Assembly (NCBI RefSeq): GCF_046119375.1
Contig: NW_027362761.1
Span: forward strand, 513,422,001-513,486,000
DNA: 64,000 nt
Direction of reading: 5' to 3'
Source of the DNA: Phyllobates terribilis
Lineage: Eukaryota
Positions within the stretch are counted from its first letter, which is position 1. Each line of letters opens with the position of its first letter. A program made the translations under genes and the position numbers. Of this stretch, positions 1 through 10,950 are shown one piece after another. The notes beneath the pieces were generated by a model, which saw only the letters and a program-made list of their open reading frames with translations, had not been told where the DNA came from and did not search any database.

Positions 1-240
1 AATGGAATGGAAACAGCATGGGGAAGATGCCTGGACTCATCTCTGACTCCAAGGTCAATGTTGGGGACAATGTTGTCAAGAATTTTCCTCCACTTTTATA
101 GACTGACAAATAAACATACAAAACTGAAGATAAAATGGATTTTACAGGAAAAAAATGTTCGAAACCATTCCTTCCTGTATAATGACTTGCATATAAGGCA
201 GAATTAAAAAGAGAAAAAAAAAAGCCTCCTCCGCCCCTTA
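1..240 (+). mobile_element. Distal part of a non-autonomous hAT-type element (MITE-like)
   Basis: Same sequence as 50458-50697, which belongs to an element starting TAGTGATGA at 50278; also similar to 29500-29740. Confidence 0.5.
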
Positions 241-249
241 ATAGCCGGG

Positions 250-1130
250 CCATCTCACACCGTATTTCCCCGTTGCCTATGACTACAGTTGATGACTTTA
301 AACTGGTTTCTTTCCCCCGAATATTTATATGGGAAGGTCACTACTGGTTCGGGGGAGACCCCCTGAAAGTCATAAGGTGTAGACATCACAATCTCTGCTG
401 GCAGCGAAGAGCTATGGGGAGTTTTCCTAAAGCTAGTCATCTGGCCCTGCAATTGGGACCGAGAAGATTCAAGAATTTATTGTCTCTCAGCCAGATCTTG
501 AATCTCCAGAGACAAGTTCGCCACGTGATCACCAAGCGTGTGCATGGGATCCATGCTGGTGATAAAAAGGAAACGGTCAACTGTAATGTGACTCTGAGAA
601 GCCATGAGAAAAGGTAGTCAGTAGGTCCAAGGTCAGATACCAGGAGGGCTCGAGGTACAGAGAGGAAAGACAAGTGGCATGGCCAGGAAATAGTCCAGGG
701 TCAAATGCCAGGAGAGTACATCAAGACAAAAGAGTAAGTCAAAAGGATAGTCAGAGGCCAAGTTCAGTGTCAGGTATCATTATCAGAGGTAGCTTTCATT
801 GATTGTGGGTCTGTTGCCAACTTCATAGATTCAGGACTAGTGCTCAGATTAGGATTTGGGACAGTTAGGTTAGAAAGACCTATTCAAATTCTTGCCATTG
901 ACAGGACACTGTTACTCCAGAACTTTGTCCAGCTGATAATGGTGGAATTCACACTTAAAGTGGGAACAATTCACTCTGAGTTCATATCCTGCTTTGTTTT
1001 GGATAATTTGCCTGCTGGGTTGTTATTGGGGTTTCCATGGCTGCGTATTCATTATTCTGTTATTGATTAGTGATTGAAGAATATTGTTAGGTGGAGCCTC
1101 AACTGTCATAAGAAATGTTTTATTTCTTTA
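250..1130. mobile_element. Decayed chromoviral (sushi/RTL1-like) Gypsy remnants: gag-like piece (minus) and aspartyl protease piece (plus)
   Basis: Plus frame at ~790-1070 reads AFIDCGSVANFID...LDNLPAGLLLGFPWLRIH, similar to the protease at 35258..36349 (VFVDCGS...VLGLPWLKLH). Minus ORF 255..452 has EPVVTFPYKYSG, typical of the start of a gag. Confidence 0.6.
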
Positions 1131-1309
1131 TAAATTTTTATCGGAGGCGCTCCTGTGGATAATGGTAGAGACTCCAGTTTAAGCTTAGTGGAAACGTTCC
1201 AATAGGCTCGCAGGTAACTGCTCAAAATCGCATAGATTCAAGATAAAAATTTATTTTGAATTAAAAATCAGTCAAGGGATGAGTGGTTGGCATATAGTAG
1301 CATATAATG

Positions 1310-1350
1310 GCACAACGCGTTTCTGCTCTCAAGGAGCCTTCATCAGGTGC
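1310..1350 (-). ncRNA. Minimal type I hammerhead ribozyme motif of a Penelope-like element
   Basis: Minus strand GCAC-CTGATGA-AG-GCTC-CTTGA-GAGC-A-GAAA-CGCG-TT-GTGC: CUGAUGA and GAAA core, stem I GCAC/GUGC, stem II GCUC/GAGC, palindromic ACGCGU stem III. Located downstream of the Penelope ORFs. Confidence 0.65.
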
Positions 1351-2418
1351 ATGTTGAGCTATACAATATACAAGCTTTATATACCCTATTTGTATAGTAA
1401 GGAGTGGGGCTCTCTCCCCCTGCATTAAACTGAACTTCATTATATCAAACAGCCTACACCTTCCCACTCGCACACAGGCTGCGAGAACACTCCATCCCAA
1501 CCACATTTAAAAAAAAAAAGCCTGCCAGTATCCAAAAAATGACCGGCATACACATGAAATACACAATTGATTGAAAGGATTCTATACACAAATAAAACCA
1601 AGAGAATAACCAAGGAGAAAATGAGATTCTCACAACCCAATACGATGTATTGGATTGTAAAATAGATATCTAAAGGAACCATTTTTGATTTTTAGTTTTA
1701 CATTTGCATTCCCCATTTACTTCATATTCATTCATAAATAGATTCCTGTTTTGTATAGTTGGCCTTTAGATTTGTAGAAAAATATATGTAAGTATTATAA
1801 ATAAAGGGCCGATAGTAAATTAAAAAAATATATATATACTGTATATCTATTTTTTTGCAATAGAATAAATATATTAAAATAGCACGACCCTCCTCAAGTC
1901 CGAAAGCCTTTCTTCCGATGTGAATTCAAACCATGGGCTATATTTGTATATATTTTATATATTCCATCTGTGAATAAAGAACATTGCAAATTTGAAACTG
2001 TTTTGCTTTGATAATGGCTAGTAAATAACCGTTTGATAACACTATGTTTGTATAGTTTATTGNNNNNNNNNNNNNNNNNNNNNNNNNNNNNNNNNNNNNN
2101 NNNNNNNNNNNNNNNNNNNNNNNNNNNNNNNNNNNNNNNNNNNNNNNNNNNNNNNNNNNNNNNNNNNNNNNNNNNNNNNNNNNNNNNNNNNNNNNNNNNN
2201 NNNNNNNNNNNNNNACAAAAATTTTTATGTAAAAAAAATAAATAAAAATAATATTAAAAAAATAAATAAATAAAAATAGAAATAAATAAGGAAAGCCCTA
2301 CTAGAGTTGCAATAAATTACCAATCACAAGTGCGAAATATACGCACCTATATCTTAAATGAAGAGGATTTTTATTTTGGCTGTGGGTGATTGATTCCATC
2401 TACTATTAAAGGATGGTG

Positions 2419-3583
2419 TTAGAGGAACTCTACAACCTCATTTAAACCGTCCGGATGGAGGCTCCCAAGCTTAAAAATCCAGGAGGATTCTTTGGAATTA
2501 AGGGTGGCTCTTCTATTTCTGATACCTGCAGGGATCTGTTCAAGTGGTGTGACTACTACAGGATCAAAATTTTGATTATGCACTAATGTGATGTGCTTGG
2601 ATAGACTTTGCTTCAGAAAGCCTGTTCTGGCATTATGCCTGTGGCCGTTCTCACGGTTCCGCAAAGTCTGAACTGTACGTCCCACATAATTGAGCCCACA
2701 GTTACATGTGACTGCATATATAAGAAATTCAGATCCACATGTGAACTCATATGTAGGATTTGCAGTAACCTGAGCTATTTTATCGTTTGGGGCTCTCTTG
2801 TCAAAGTTGATAATTCTACAACAATAACAATTTTTTATAGTTTTGCCCCTTCTAAACACAATGTTGGGTCTCGATCTTTTAAAATGGGGTCCTTCCTAAC
2901 AAGATACCAATATTTATATAATATTTTACGAATGATGTGGTTTCCTTTATTATATACTGTAATGAAACTATGTCGGATTTGCTCTTCTCTGGATTGCTTG
3001 GTGGTTTCTGAATCTAACAATCGTTTTGAGTGAGCTCTAGATTATTTTGATAGGAGGATGCCATTAATGCTCTAGGGTAACCCTTCTCTTTGAATCTTGT
3101 GATCAATGTGTTTGATTGTTCCTGGTAATCTGCTGTTGAGGTACAGTTACGCCTAATGCGTCGGAATTGACTAGAAGGGATATTTTTCTTCCACTTGGGG
3201 TAATGTGCGCTTGAGTAATCAAGGTATCCATTTGTGTTTAACAATTTGAAATATGTTCTACTTTGGATTTTTTGACCTACAGTATATAGTTCAAGATCCA
3301 AATAAACATTTTTTTCTTTAGATGTATTGCTAGCGAACGATAAGCCCCAATCATTTTGTTTTAACTCTTTCACAAAGGACTCTGCTTCGCTTGTTGTGCC
3401 CCTCCATATTATGATTAAATCATCGAAATATCTGCAAGAATATCGAATGTGATCCTTGTATTTGGGGGCTGTGAGTGGTGACAGGGACTCGTATCGCCCC
3501 ATGAATAAATTTGAGAAACTGGGTGCGACCCGAGTCCCAATCGCTGTCCCGAACTGCGATGGGAACGTTTCAGTTGCCGACAT
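2419..3583 (-). mobile_element. Penelope-like element, 5'-truncated: RT C-terminal part plus GIY-YIG endonuclease (disrupted)
   Basis: ORF 3014..3583 has GTAIGTRVAPSFSNLFMG and RYFDDL (PLE RT motifs). ORF 2419..2859 has IYAVTCNCGLNYVGRT...R...H (GIY-YIG with Cys motif). Confidence 0.9.
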
Positions 3584-3888
3584 CCTTCATCACTGCTTTA
3601 TCACTGCACCGCAACCGAAACGTCGCACACCGGGCTAATAAAGTCCATATTTTTTTAAAGAACTTTTGGAGTGCTGTCTGTCGTTTTTTTACTATACTGT
3701 CTATACTTATGGATATCTGTTTGGGGGCCTTGCACCCGATATTTTGAAGATATGGTGCTGTTCCAATTTTGCCTCTCTCTATATCAATAGATTTATATAT
3801 AGCGCAACTTTATGTAACTGCATATTATGGTTGAGCCCCTCTGTCTATATACACACACGTATGCTTATATATATGGCTCTCTCTCTTG

Positions 3889-4022
3889 CTATATATAAAT
3901 ATGTACAGTATGTGTACACAAATATACCTGTGTAATATATAGTAATATATTTATTTTACACAGGTACAGTATATTCACATCTCTCTCTATGACATACACG
4001 AACATATATATATGTGTGTGCA

Positions 4023-4061
<39 letters not shown>

Positions 4062-4432
4062 TATATATATAGATAGATGTCAAGTGAGCGCTACATATTC
4101 ATGTATTATGTAGACAGAGACCCAACCATATTGTGCAGTTACATAAAAGACCGCTATCTCTAGCTTTCTCTCTCTTTATATATATAATCTATANNNNNNN
4201 NNNNNNNNNNNNNNNNNNNNNNNNNNNNNNNNNNNNNNNNNNNNNNNNNNNNNNNNNNNNNNNNNNNNNNNNNNNNNNNNNNNNNNNNNNNNNNNNNNNN
4301 NNNNNNNNNNNNNNNNNNNNNNNNNACAGGTATACAGATATATAAAAAATACACACACTGCACATATATATACACTTGCACTGCACACATATATACACAT
4401 ATGGTGCATATATATACATATATATATATGTA
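3889..4432. repeat. (TA)n/(CA)n-rich low-complexity tract containing a 132-N run
   Basis: Direct reading; N run at 4194-4325. Confidence 0.85.
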
Positions 4433-6059
4433 CAGTGCATTGTGAAAGTATTTGGCCCCCTTGAACTATTCTACCTTTTGCCACATTTCTGGCTTCAAAC
4501 ATAAAGATAGAAAATTCTAATTTTTGGGGGAAGAATCAACAACAAGTGGGACACAATCGTGAAGTGGAACAAAATTTATTGGATATTTTAAACTTTTTAA
4601 ACAAATTAAAAACTGAAAAGTGGGGCGTGCAATATTATTCGACCCCCTTGAGTTAATACATTGTAGAGCCACCTTTTGCTGCGATTACAGCTGCAAGTCG
4701 CTTGTGGTATGTCTCTATCAGTTTTGCACATCGAGAGGCTGAAATTCTTGCCCATTCTTCCTTGCAAAACAGCTCAAGCTCATTGAGGTTGGATGGAGGG
4801 CGTTTGTGAACAGCAGTTTTCAGCTCTTTCCACAGATTCTCGATTGGATACAGGTCTGGACTTTGACTTGGCCATTCTAACACCTGGATACGTTTATTTT
4901 TGAACCATTCCATTTTAGATTTTGCTTTATGTTTGGGATCATTGTCTTGTTGGAAGATAAATCTCCATCCCAGTCTCAGGTTTTTTTGCAGACTCCAACA
5001 GGTTTTCTTCCAGAATGGTCCTGTATTTGGCTCCGTCCATCTTCCCATCAATTTTAACAATCTTTCCTGTCCCTTAAGAAAAGCAGGCCCAAATCATGAT
5101 GCTGCCACCACCATGTTTGACAGCGGGGATGGTGTTTTGAGGGTGATGAGCTGTGTTGCTTTTACGCCAAACATATCGTTTTGCATTGTGGCCAAAAAAT
5201 GTGATTTTGGTTTCATCTGACCAGAGCACCTTATTAGACATGTTTGGTGTGTCTCCCAGGTGGATTGTGCAAACTTCAAACAAGACTTTTTATGGATATC
5301 TTTGAGAAATGGCTTTCTACTTGCCACTCTTCCGTAAAGGCCAGACTTGCGCAATTTCCGACTGATTGTTGTCTTATGGGCAGACTCTCCCACGTCAGCT
5401 GTAGATCTCTGCAGTTCATCCAGTGTGATCATGGGCCTTTTGGCTGCATCTCTGAACAGTCTTCTCCTTGTTCGAGATGAAAGTTTAGAGGGACGGCCGG
5501 GTTATGGTACATTTGCAGTGGTCTGATACTCCTTCCATTTCAATATGATCGCTTGCACAGTGCTCCTTGAGATGTTTAAAACTTGGGAAATCTTTTGCAT
5601 CCAAATCCAGCTTTAAACTTCGCCACAACAGTATCTTGGACCTGCCTGGTGTGTTCCTTGGTCTTCATGATGCTCTCTGCACTTGAAACAGAACCCTGAG
5701 ACTATCACAGAGCAGGTGCATTTATAAGGAGACTTGATTACACACAGGTGTATTCTGTTTATAATTACCAGTCATTTAGGACAACATTGGATCATTCAGA
5801 GATCCTCACTGAACATCAGGAGTGAGTTTGCTGCACTGAAAGTAAAGGGGCCAAATAATATTGCATGCCCCATTTTTCAGTTTTTAATTTGCCAAAAAAT
5901 TTTAAAATATTCAATAAATTTCGTTCCATTTCATGATTGTATCCCACTTGTTGTTGATTTTTCCCCAAAAATTATAATTTTATATCTTTATGTTTGAAGC
6001 CAGAAATGTGGCAAAAGGTAGAAAAGTTCAAGGGGGCCAAATACTTTCACAATGCACTA
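4433..6059 (-). mobile_element. Tc1/mariner DNA transposon family A, full length, transposase disrupted
   Basis: TA-flanked long TIRs CAGTGCATTGTGAAAGTATTTGGCCCCC. Split ORFs carry [14 protein letters not shown] and [15 protein letters not shown] (DD34E). Confidence 0.95.
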
Positions 6060-6073
6060 TATATATATATATA

Positions 6074-6316
6074 CAGTACAGGCCAAAAGTTTGGACACAC
6101 CTTCTCATTAAAGATTTTTCTGTATTTTCATGACTATGAAAATTGTACATTCACACTGAAGGCAACAAAACTACGAATTAACACATGTGGAATTATATAC
6201 TTAACAAAAAAGTGTGAAACAACTGAAAATATGTCTTATATTCTAGGTTCTTCAAAGTAGCCACCTTTTGCTTTGATGACAGCTTTGCACACTCTTGGCA
6301 TTCTCTTGATGAGCTT
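6074..6316 (-). mobile_element. Tc1 family B, one terminal piece truncated by the copy-1 deletion
   Basis: Starts TA-CAGTACAGGCCAAAAGTTTGGACACACC and matches 56530-56772, then jumps to family C sequence. Confidence 0.9.
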
Positions 6317-8522
6317 TGATATATGTAATAACTGTTGGACACAGTAATGTTTCTGCCTTGAAATGGCGTTTATTGTACTAACAGAAAATGTGCAATCTGC
6401 ATTCAAACAAAATTTGACAGGTGCATAAGTATGGGCACCTCACCAGAAAAGTGACATTAATATTTAGTAGATCCTCCTTTTGCAAAAATAACAGCCTCTA
6501 GTCGCTCCCTGTAGCTTTTAATGAGTTCCTGGATCATGGATGAAGGTATTTTTGACCATTCCTCTTTACAAAACAATTCCAGTTCAGTTAAGTTTGATGG
6601 TTGCCGAGCATGGACAGCCCTCTTCAAATGATCCCACAGATGTTCAATGATATTCAGGTCTGGGGACTGGGATAGCCATTCCAGAACATTGTAATTGTTC
6701 CTCTGCATGAATGCCTGAGTAGATTTGGAGCGGTGTTTTGGATCATTGCCTTGCTGAAAGATCCATCCCCTGCGTAACTTCAACTTTATCACTGATTCTT
6801 GAACATTATTGTCAAGAATCTGCTGATACTGAGTGGAATCCATGCATCCCTCAACTTTAACAAGATTCCCGGTGCCGGCATTGGCCACACAGCCCCAAAG
6901 CATGATGGAACCTCCACCAAATTTTACTGTGGGTAGCAAGTGTTTTTCTTGGAATGCTGTGTTTTTTTTGCCGCCATGCATAATGACTTTTTGTATGACC
7001 AAACAACTCAATCTTGGTTTCATCAGTCCACAGGACCTTCTTCCAGAAAGAGATTGGCTTCTCCAAATGTGCTTTTGCATACCTCAGCCGACTCTGTTTG
7101 TGGCGTGCTTGCAGAAACGGCTTCTTTCGCATCACTCTCCCATACAGCTTCTCCTTGTGCAAAGTGCGTTGTATAGTTGACCGATGCACAGTGACACCAT
7201 CTGCAGCAAGTTGATGCTGCAGCTCTCTGGAGGTGGTCTGAGGATTGTCCTTGACTGATCTCACCATTCTTCTTCTCTGCCTTTCTGATGTTTTTCTTGG
7301 CCTGCCACTTCTGGCCTTAACAAGAACTGTCCCTGTGTTCTTCCATTTCCTTACTATGTTCCTCACAGTGGAAACTGACAGGTTAAATCTCTGAGACAGC
7401 TTTTTGTATCCTTCCCCTGAACAACTATGTTGAATAATCTTTGTTTTCAGATCATTTGACAGTTGTTTTGAGGAGCCCATGATGCCACTCTTCAGAGGAG
7501 ATTCAAACAGGAGAACAACTTGCAAGTGGCCACTTTAAGTAGCTTTTCTCATGATTGCATACATCTGGCTCTGAAGTTCAAAGCTCAATGAGGTTACAAA
7601 ACCAAAAAAAGTGCTTTAGTAAGTCAGTAAAAAGTAGGTAGGAGTATTTAAATCAAGAAAATGATAAGCGTGCCCATACTTATGCACCTGTCAAATTTTG
7701 TTTGAATGCAGATTGCACATTTTCTGTTAGTACAATAAACCTCATTTCAAGGCAGAAACATTACTGTGTCCAACAGTTATTACATATAACTGTCACGGGT
7801 GTGTCGCCACGAAGATCGTCGCGACTACACAGCCTGACTTCTCGCAGCTGAGTTTTTGGTGCTTTGTGTTTTTTGGTAGTGAGGGAGTTAATTCTCTCTC
7901 TCTGTGCTTGACGAGGCTCAGCCTCGCCCAGCTGCAGTTAATGCTGCAGTATTGGGATTCCTTCAAATACCTGCTGGTCTGATAGGGAAGTTGTCGGTGA
8001 AAGCACTTCTTGCAGAACTTCAGAGCGGATCGTTGTTTGGTGGAGTTCGGAGCCAAGAGTATGCGGTGTGGATTCTTCTTCTTCTTCCCTTCCTCCCTTT
8101 ATCATTTATCTCCTAACCTGTTGTTGTTCCCTCTGTAATTGTGGTGTGTGTTTTTGTATGCAAGGTGGTTTTTGGTTTTCCCCTTGTACTGTCTCGTTAG
8201 TCTAGTACTGTGTTTTGGGCTTTTTCTATCCTGTCCCCCATTGTTGTGATCGGGGTCCTTCTCAGGACTAGATTACTGAGGTTCAGGGATATTCAGGAGT
8301 TTAGGGTTGCGCTGGCGGCCTGGACCTCTGTACCATTAACAGTACCTCCAGGTTGAGGGATTAGTGAGGGCCCCCGTTTAGGGTCAGCCTAGGCCCCTGA
8401 CCTCCTGTACGTTGAGACAGCGTGACAATATCAAACTGAAATAGCTGTTGCAAATATACCAATTTTTATAAAACATTAAGCTTAAGATTAATAGGGGGTG
8501 CCCAAACTTTTTCATATAACTG
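6317..8522 (-). mobile_element. Tc1 family C, outer part of one TIR deleted, transposase frameshifted, carries a solo LTR in the other TIR
   Basis: ORFs 6457..7080 and 6857..7525 join into a Tc1 transposase. There is one extra T in the T-run at ~6962 compared with intact copy 61365..62432. Ends ...AAACTTTTTCATATAACTG-TA. Confidence 0.93.
7791..8427. mobile_element. Solo LTR (637 bp) inserted in the Tc1 family C TIR
   Basis: TGTCACG...CGTGACA termini; 5-bp TSD ATAAC/ATATC (one mismatch; the opposite TIR gives ATATC as the empty site). Confidence 0.85.
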
Positions 8523-8586
8523 TACATCACATAGGAGATGCTGGGACTGCTGCATATACATCACAGGAGACGCTGGGGGTTATATA

Positions 8587-9622
8587 TGACTCACCCCCTT
8601 GGCCGTGGGGCACTCGGATCCGGGCAATAAGGGAACGATGGGGGTTGTAGTGGCAACCCGGTTCCGTGGCTCAGGGTGGTCAGGCCAGTGGTAGTCTGCT
8701 ATGTGCTGTTGATAACGTCCAACTACGCCACCCGTGGATTTGCGGTCATTAGGAACCGCCGCTGCTGGGCAGACCCCTGGGGCTGATGGTGTATGCAGCT
8801 GAGGTGGTGTGACTCCCCACGGGAAGAGTGCAGCCCCAGGGCAGTGTAGTGGATGGTGGGAGTGATGGTGGTGAGAGTCCCAGTGCTGATAGTGCTGGAG
8901 GAGCAAGGAGCACACAGACAACAGATTGCAGTCCAGGGTCTTTACTAGAGCAGGTAAACTGACCCACAAACAGTCCCGGCTAGGAGGGGACCTGGATGTC
9001 TGAGAGCAATTGGGAAATTGGCCCTGGTCAGGGTGAGGGTGTAGGCCTACCGTGCTCTCTGCGCTCCTTCTGGCTATCTCCTCCTTATAGGGTAACAGCC
9101 CACGTTTCCGAGCTTTCCGTGTATTCTCGCCTGTATGGCCTGCGACGTGGGTTCCTTTCTGCTCCCGGCCTGGTACGGCTTTACTGGTCCCTTCTGTTGT
9201 GGCAGACCCTCCGGGCTTCTTAGGCCAAGGAACATACAGTCCCCTGCGGACTGGTTATCTGCTGCAGGACGTGGAATCCTCACAGCCCCAGACACCAAAG
9301 TCTGGTAAAATGGAGTTCTTTGTCTGCCAAGACAGGCTCACTTCGCCTCTTGTCTCTGGCTTGTGGCTCTTCTGCTGCCACACTTCCTCTTAGGGTGCAA
9401 TACAGCTGTCCCTCTCTGCTCTGGACACTTCTCAGTGCTGAGACAGGTCGTCCAGTTCTCTCTAACCCTGCCCCCAGTTCCAGCTTTTATAGGGGCAGCC
9501 TGCTCCCCCTAATGGCCTGAGACAGGAGGTACTGCATGCTAATGTTCCCCTGACTAGAGAACCTCCCCTTGCTCTCAGACACAGCTTTATTATACTTGTG
9601 GCATCCAGGCCAGGGTGACACA
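8587..9622 (-). repeat. 3' LTR of the Gypsy element
   Basis: Matches 26679-27715. On the minus strand it starts TGTGTCACC and ends GAGTCA, and is preceded by polypurine tract TAGGGGGGAA (9623-9632). Confidence 0.95.
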
Positions 9623-10570
9623 TTCCCCCCTAGTAAAATTTAGTACTCCGAGACTAAACAATAAACAAAGACAATATGCATAACCATAAAACATTAACAG
9701 ACAGACGACGCACAGCTTGAGTTCTTAAGGTCACAGTGTGGTCTGTGACCGGGTGTCCATATCACCAATACAACGGGGAGCCTTAACCAGGTGGGGGTCT
9801 GTCCTACCCCAAGTCCTTCACAGTCTTAGTTCATTCCTTGGTTAGGCTCCGAACGCAGTCCATACAAGGTCCTGGTTATAAAAAGTCCATAACCTTTGAG
9901 TCCTTACGGTAACTGCAAGAAACTGAAACACAGAATTACCAAACATGAATGTAACTTTGCAAACATTTCAACATTTGGCAACAGGGTTATTTACAATTTT
10001 AATGCACTCTATATTCTCCAGCAAGCGGGTATCTGCCACTTTGTGCTCCTGGTTGACCTCCTTAATAGTGTTGAGCCACCCCCGTAGTGTTCGAGTTCGG
10101 TTCGGTTCGTCGAACACCCGTGTGTTCGCCGAACTGTTCGTCGAACTGTTCGTCGAACACCTTCGAACACCGTTAAAACCAATGGCAGGCAAACAAAAAC
10201 ACATAGAAACACATAGAAAACACCTTCAAAGGTGTCCAAAAGCTGACAAACTGCTCAGAAGACACAACTAACACATGGAAAAGTGACAAGTACATATAGT
10301 CATGCGAAAAGAAAAGAGGTGGAGGAGTAAAAGGAGGGGGAGACACAGATATAGGCATGTCATGCCCTTCTAAAATCCAAAAAGTGAGAAGCCGAGACGG
10401 CCAGTCCGCTCCTGCCCGTGCCACCTCCGTGTCGCCGGGTTTGTGCCAGAGCCGCGGTGAACCCTGACGGCCAGCCCCCCTCTCCCAATACTGGTGCCTG
10501 TCCGCTGGTGGGTCGAGAGAGCCCCCCTGTGGTGGAGGCAGCTCTAAGCTTTTTAATTTAAATTGTCCCT

Positions 10571-10872
10571 CTAATTTGAATGAATACACTTTAAATCCAT
10601 TTACAAGGATCTATTGGAGGGCAAGTCTCATGCCAGCAGCCGCGTAATTCCAGCTCCAGTAGCGTCCACTAAAGCTGCTGCAGTTAAAAAGCTTTTATAA
10701 GGATCGAGCTCGGCTGTCCACCGCAAGGCATCCTACTGCCAGTCCCAGCCCCTATGCCTTGGGGTGCCTCCTGATGCTCTTCACTGAGTATCCCGTGGTC
10801 TCGAAGCATTTCCTTTGAAAAAATTAAGTGTCCAAACTACAGGTGGTGTAGCTTGCTTAACAGCCGGGATAA
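10571..10872 (+). pseudogene. Decayed 18S rRNA gene fragment inside the hAT
   Basis: actttaaatccatttacaaggatctattggagggcaagtctcatgccagcagccgcgtaattccagctccagtagcg...gctgcagttaaaaagc...tttgaaaaaatt is collinear with eukaryotic 18S around the GTGCCAGCAGCCGCGGTAA site. Confidence 0.88.
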
Positions 10873-10950
10873 TCCGCTGACTAGCAGACACTGCTACTAG
10901 GCACAAAGTATTTCCTGGGCTAGATGCAGTTAAAAATTTGTAAGTAGATA

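Larger units (their letters stand above)
1..9090 (+). repeat. Segmental/tandem duplication, copy 1 (left end lies outside the window)
   Basis: 1-6316 aligns to 50458-56772 (offset ~50457) and 6317-~9090 to 61225-~63993 (offset ~54907). Many ORFs are duplicated (e.g. 7..207 = 50464..50664). About 99% identity by eye. Confidence 0.97.

Noticed and set aside
1150-1215. Second hammerhead on the plus strand (GAAACGTT)
   Set aside because: No CUGANGA core at a suitable distance.
8580-9520. Repeated short ORFs (MWVSLP..., MSESNW...) as a gene family
   Set aside because: They are incidental frames in LTR copies, with no domain motifs.
10571-10872. Functional rRNA gene or contaminant
   Set aside because: Only ~300 bp, with indels in universally conserved positions, and embedded between TE fragments.
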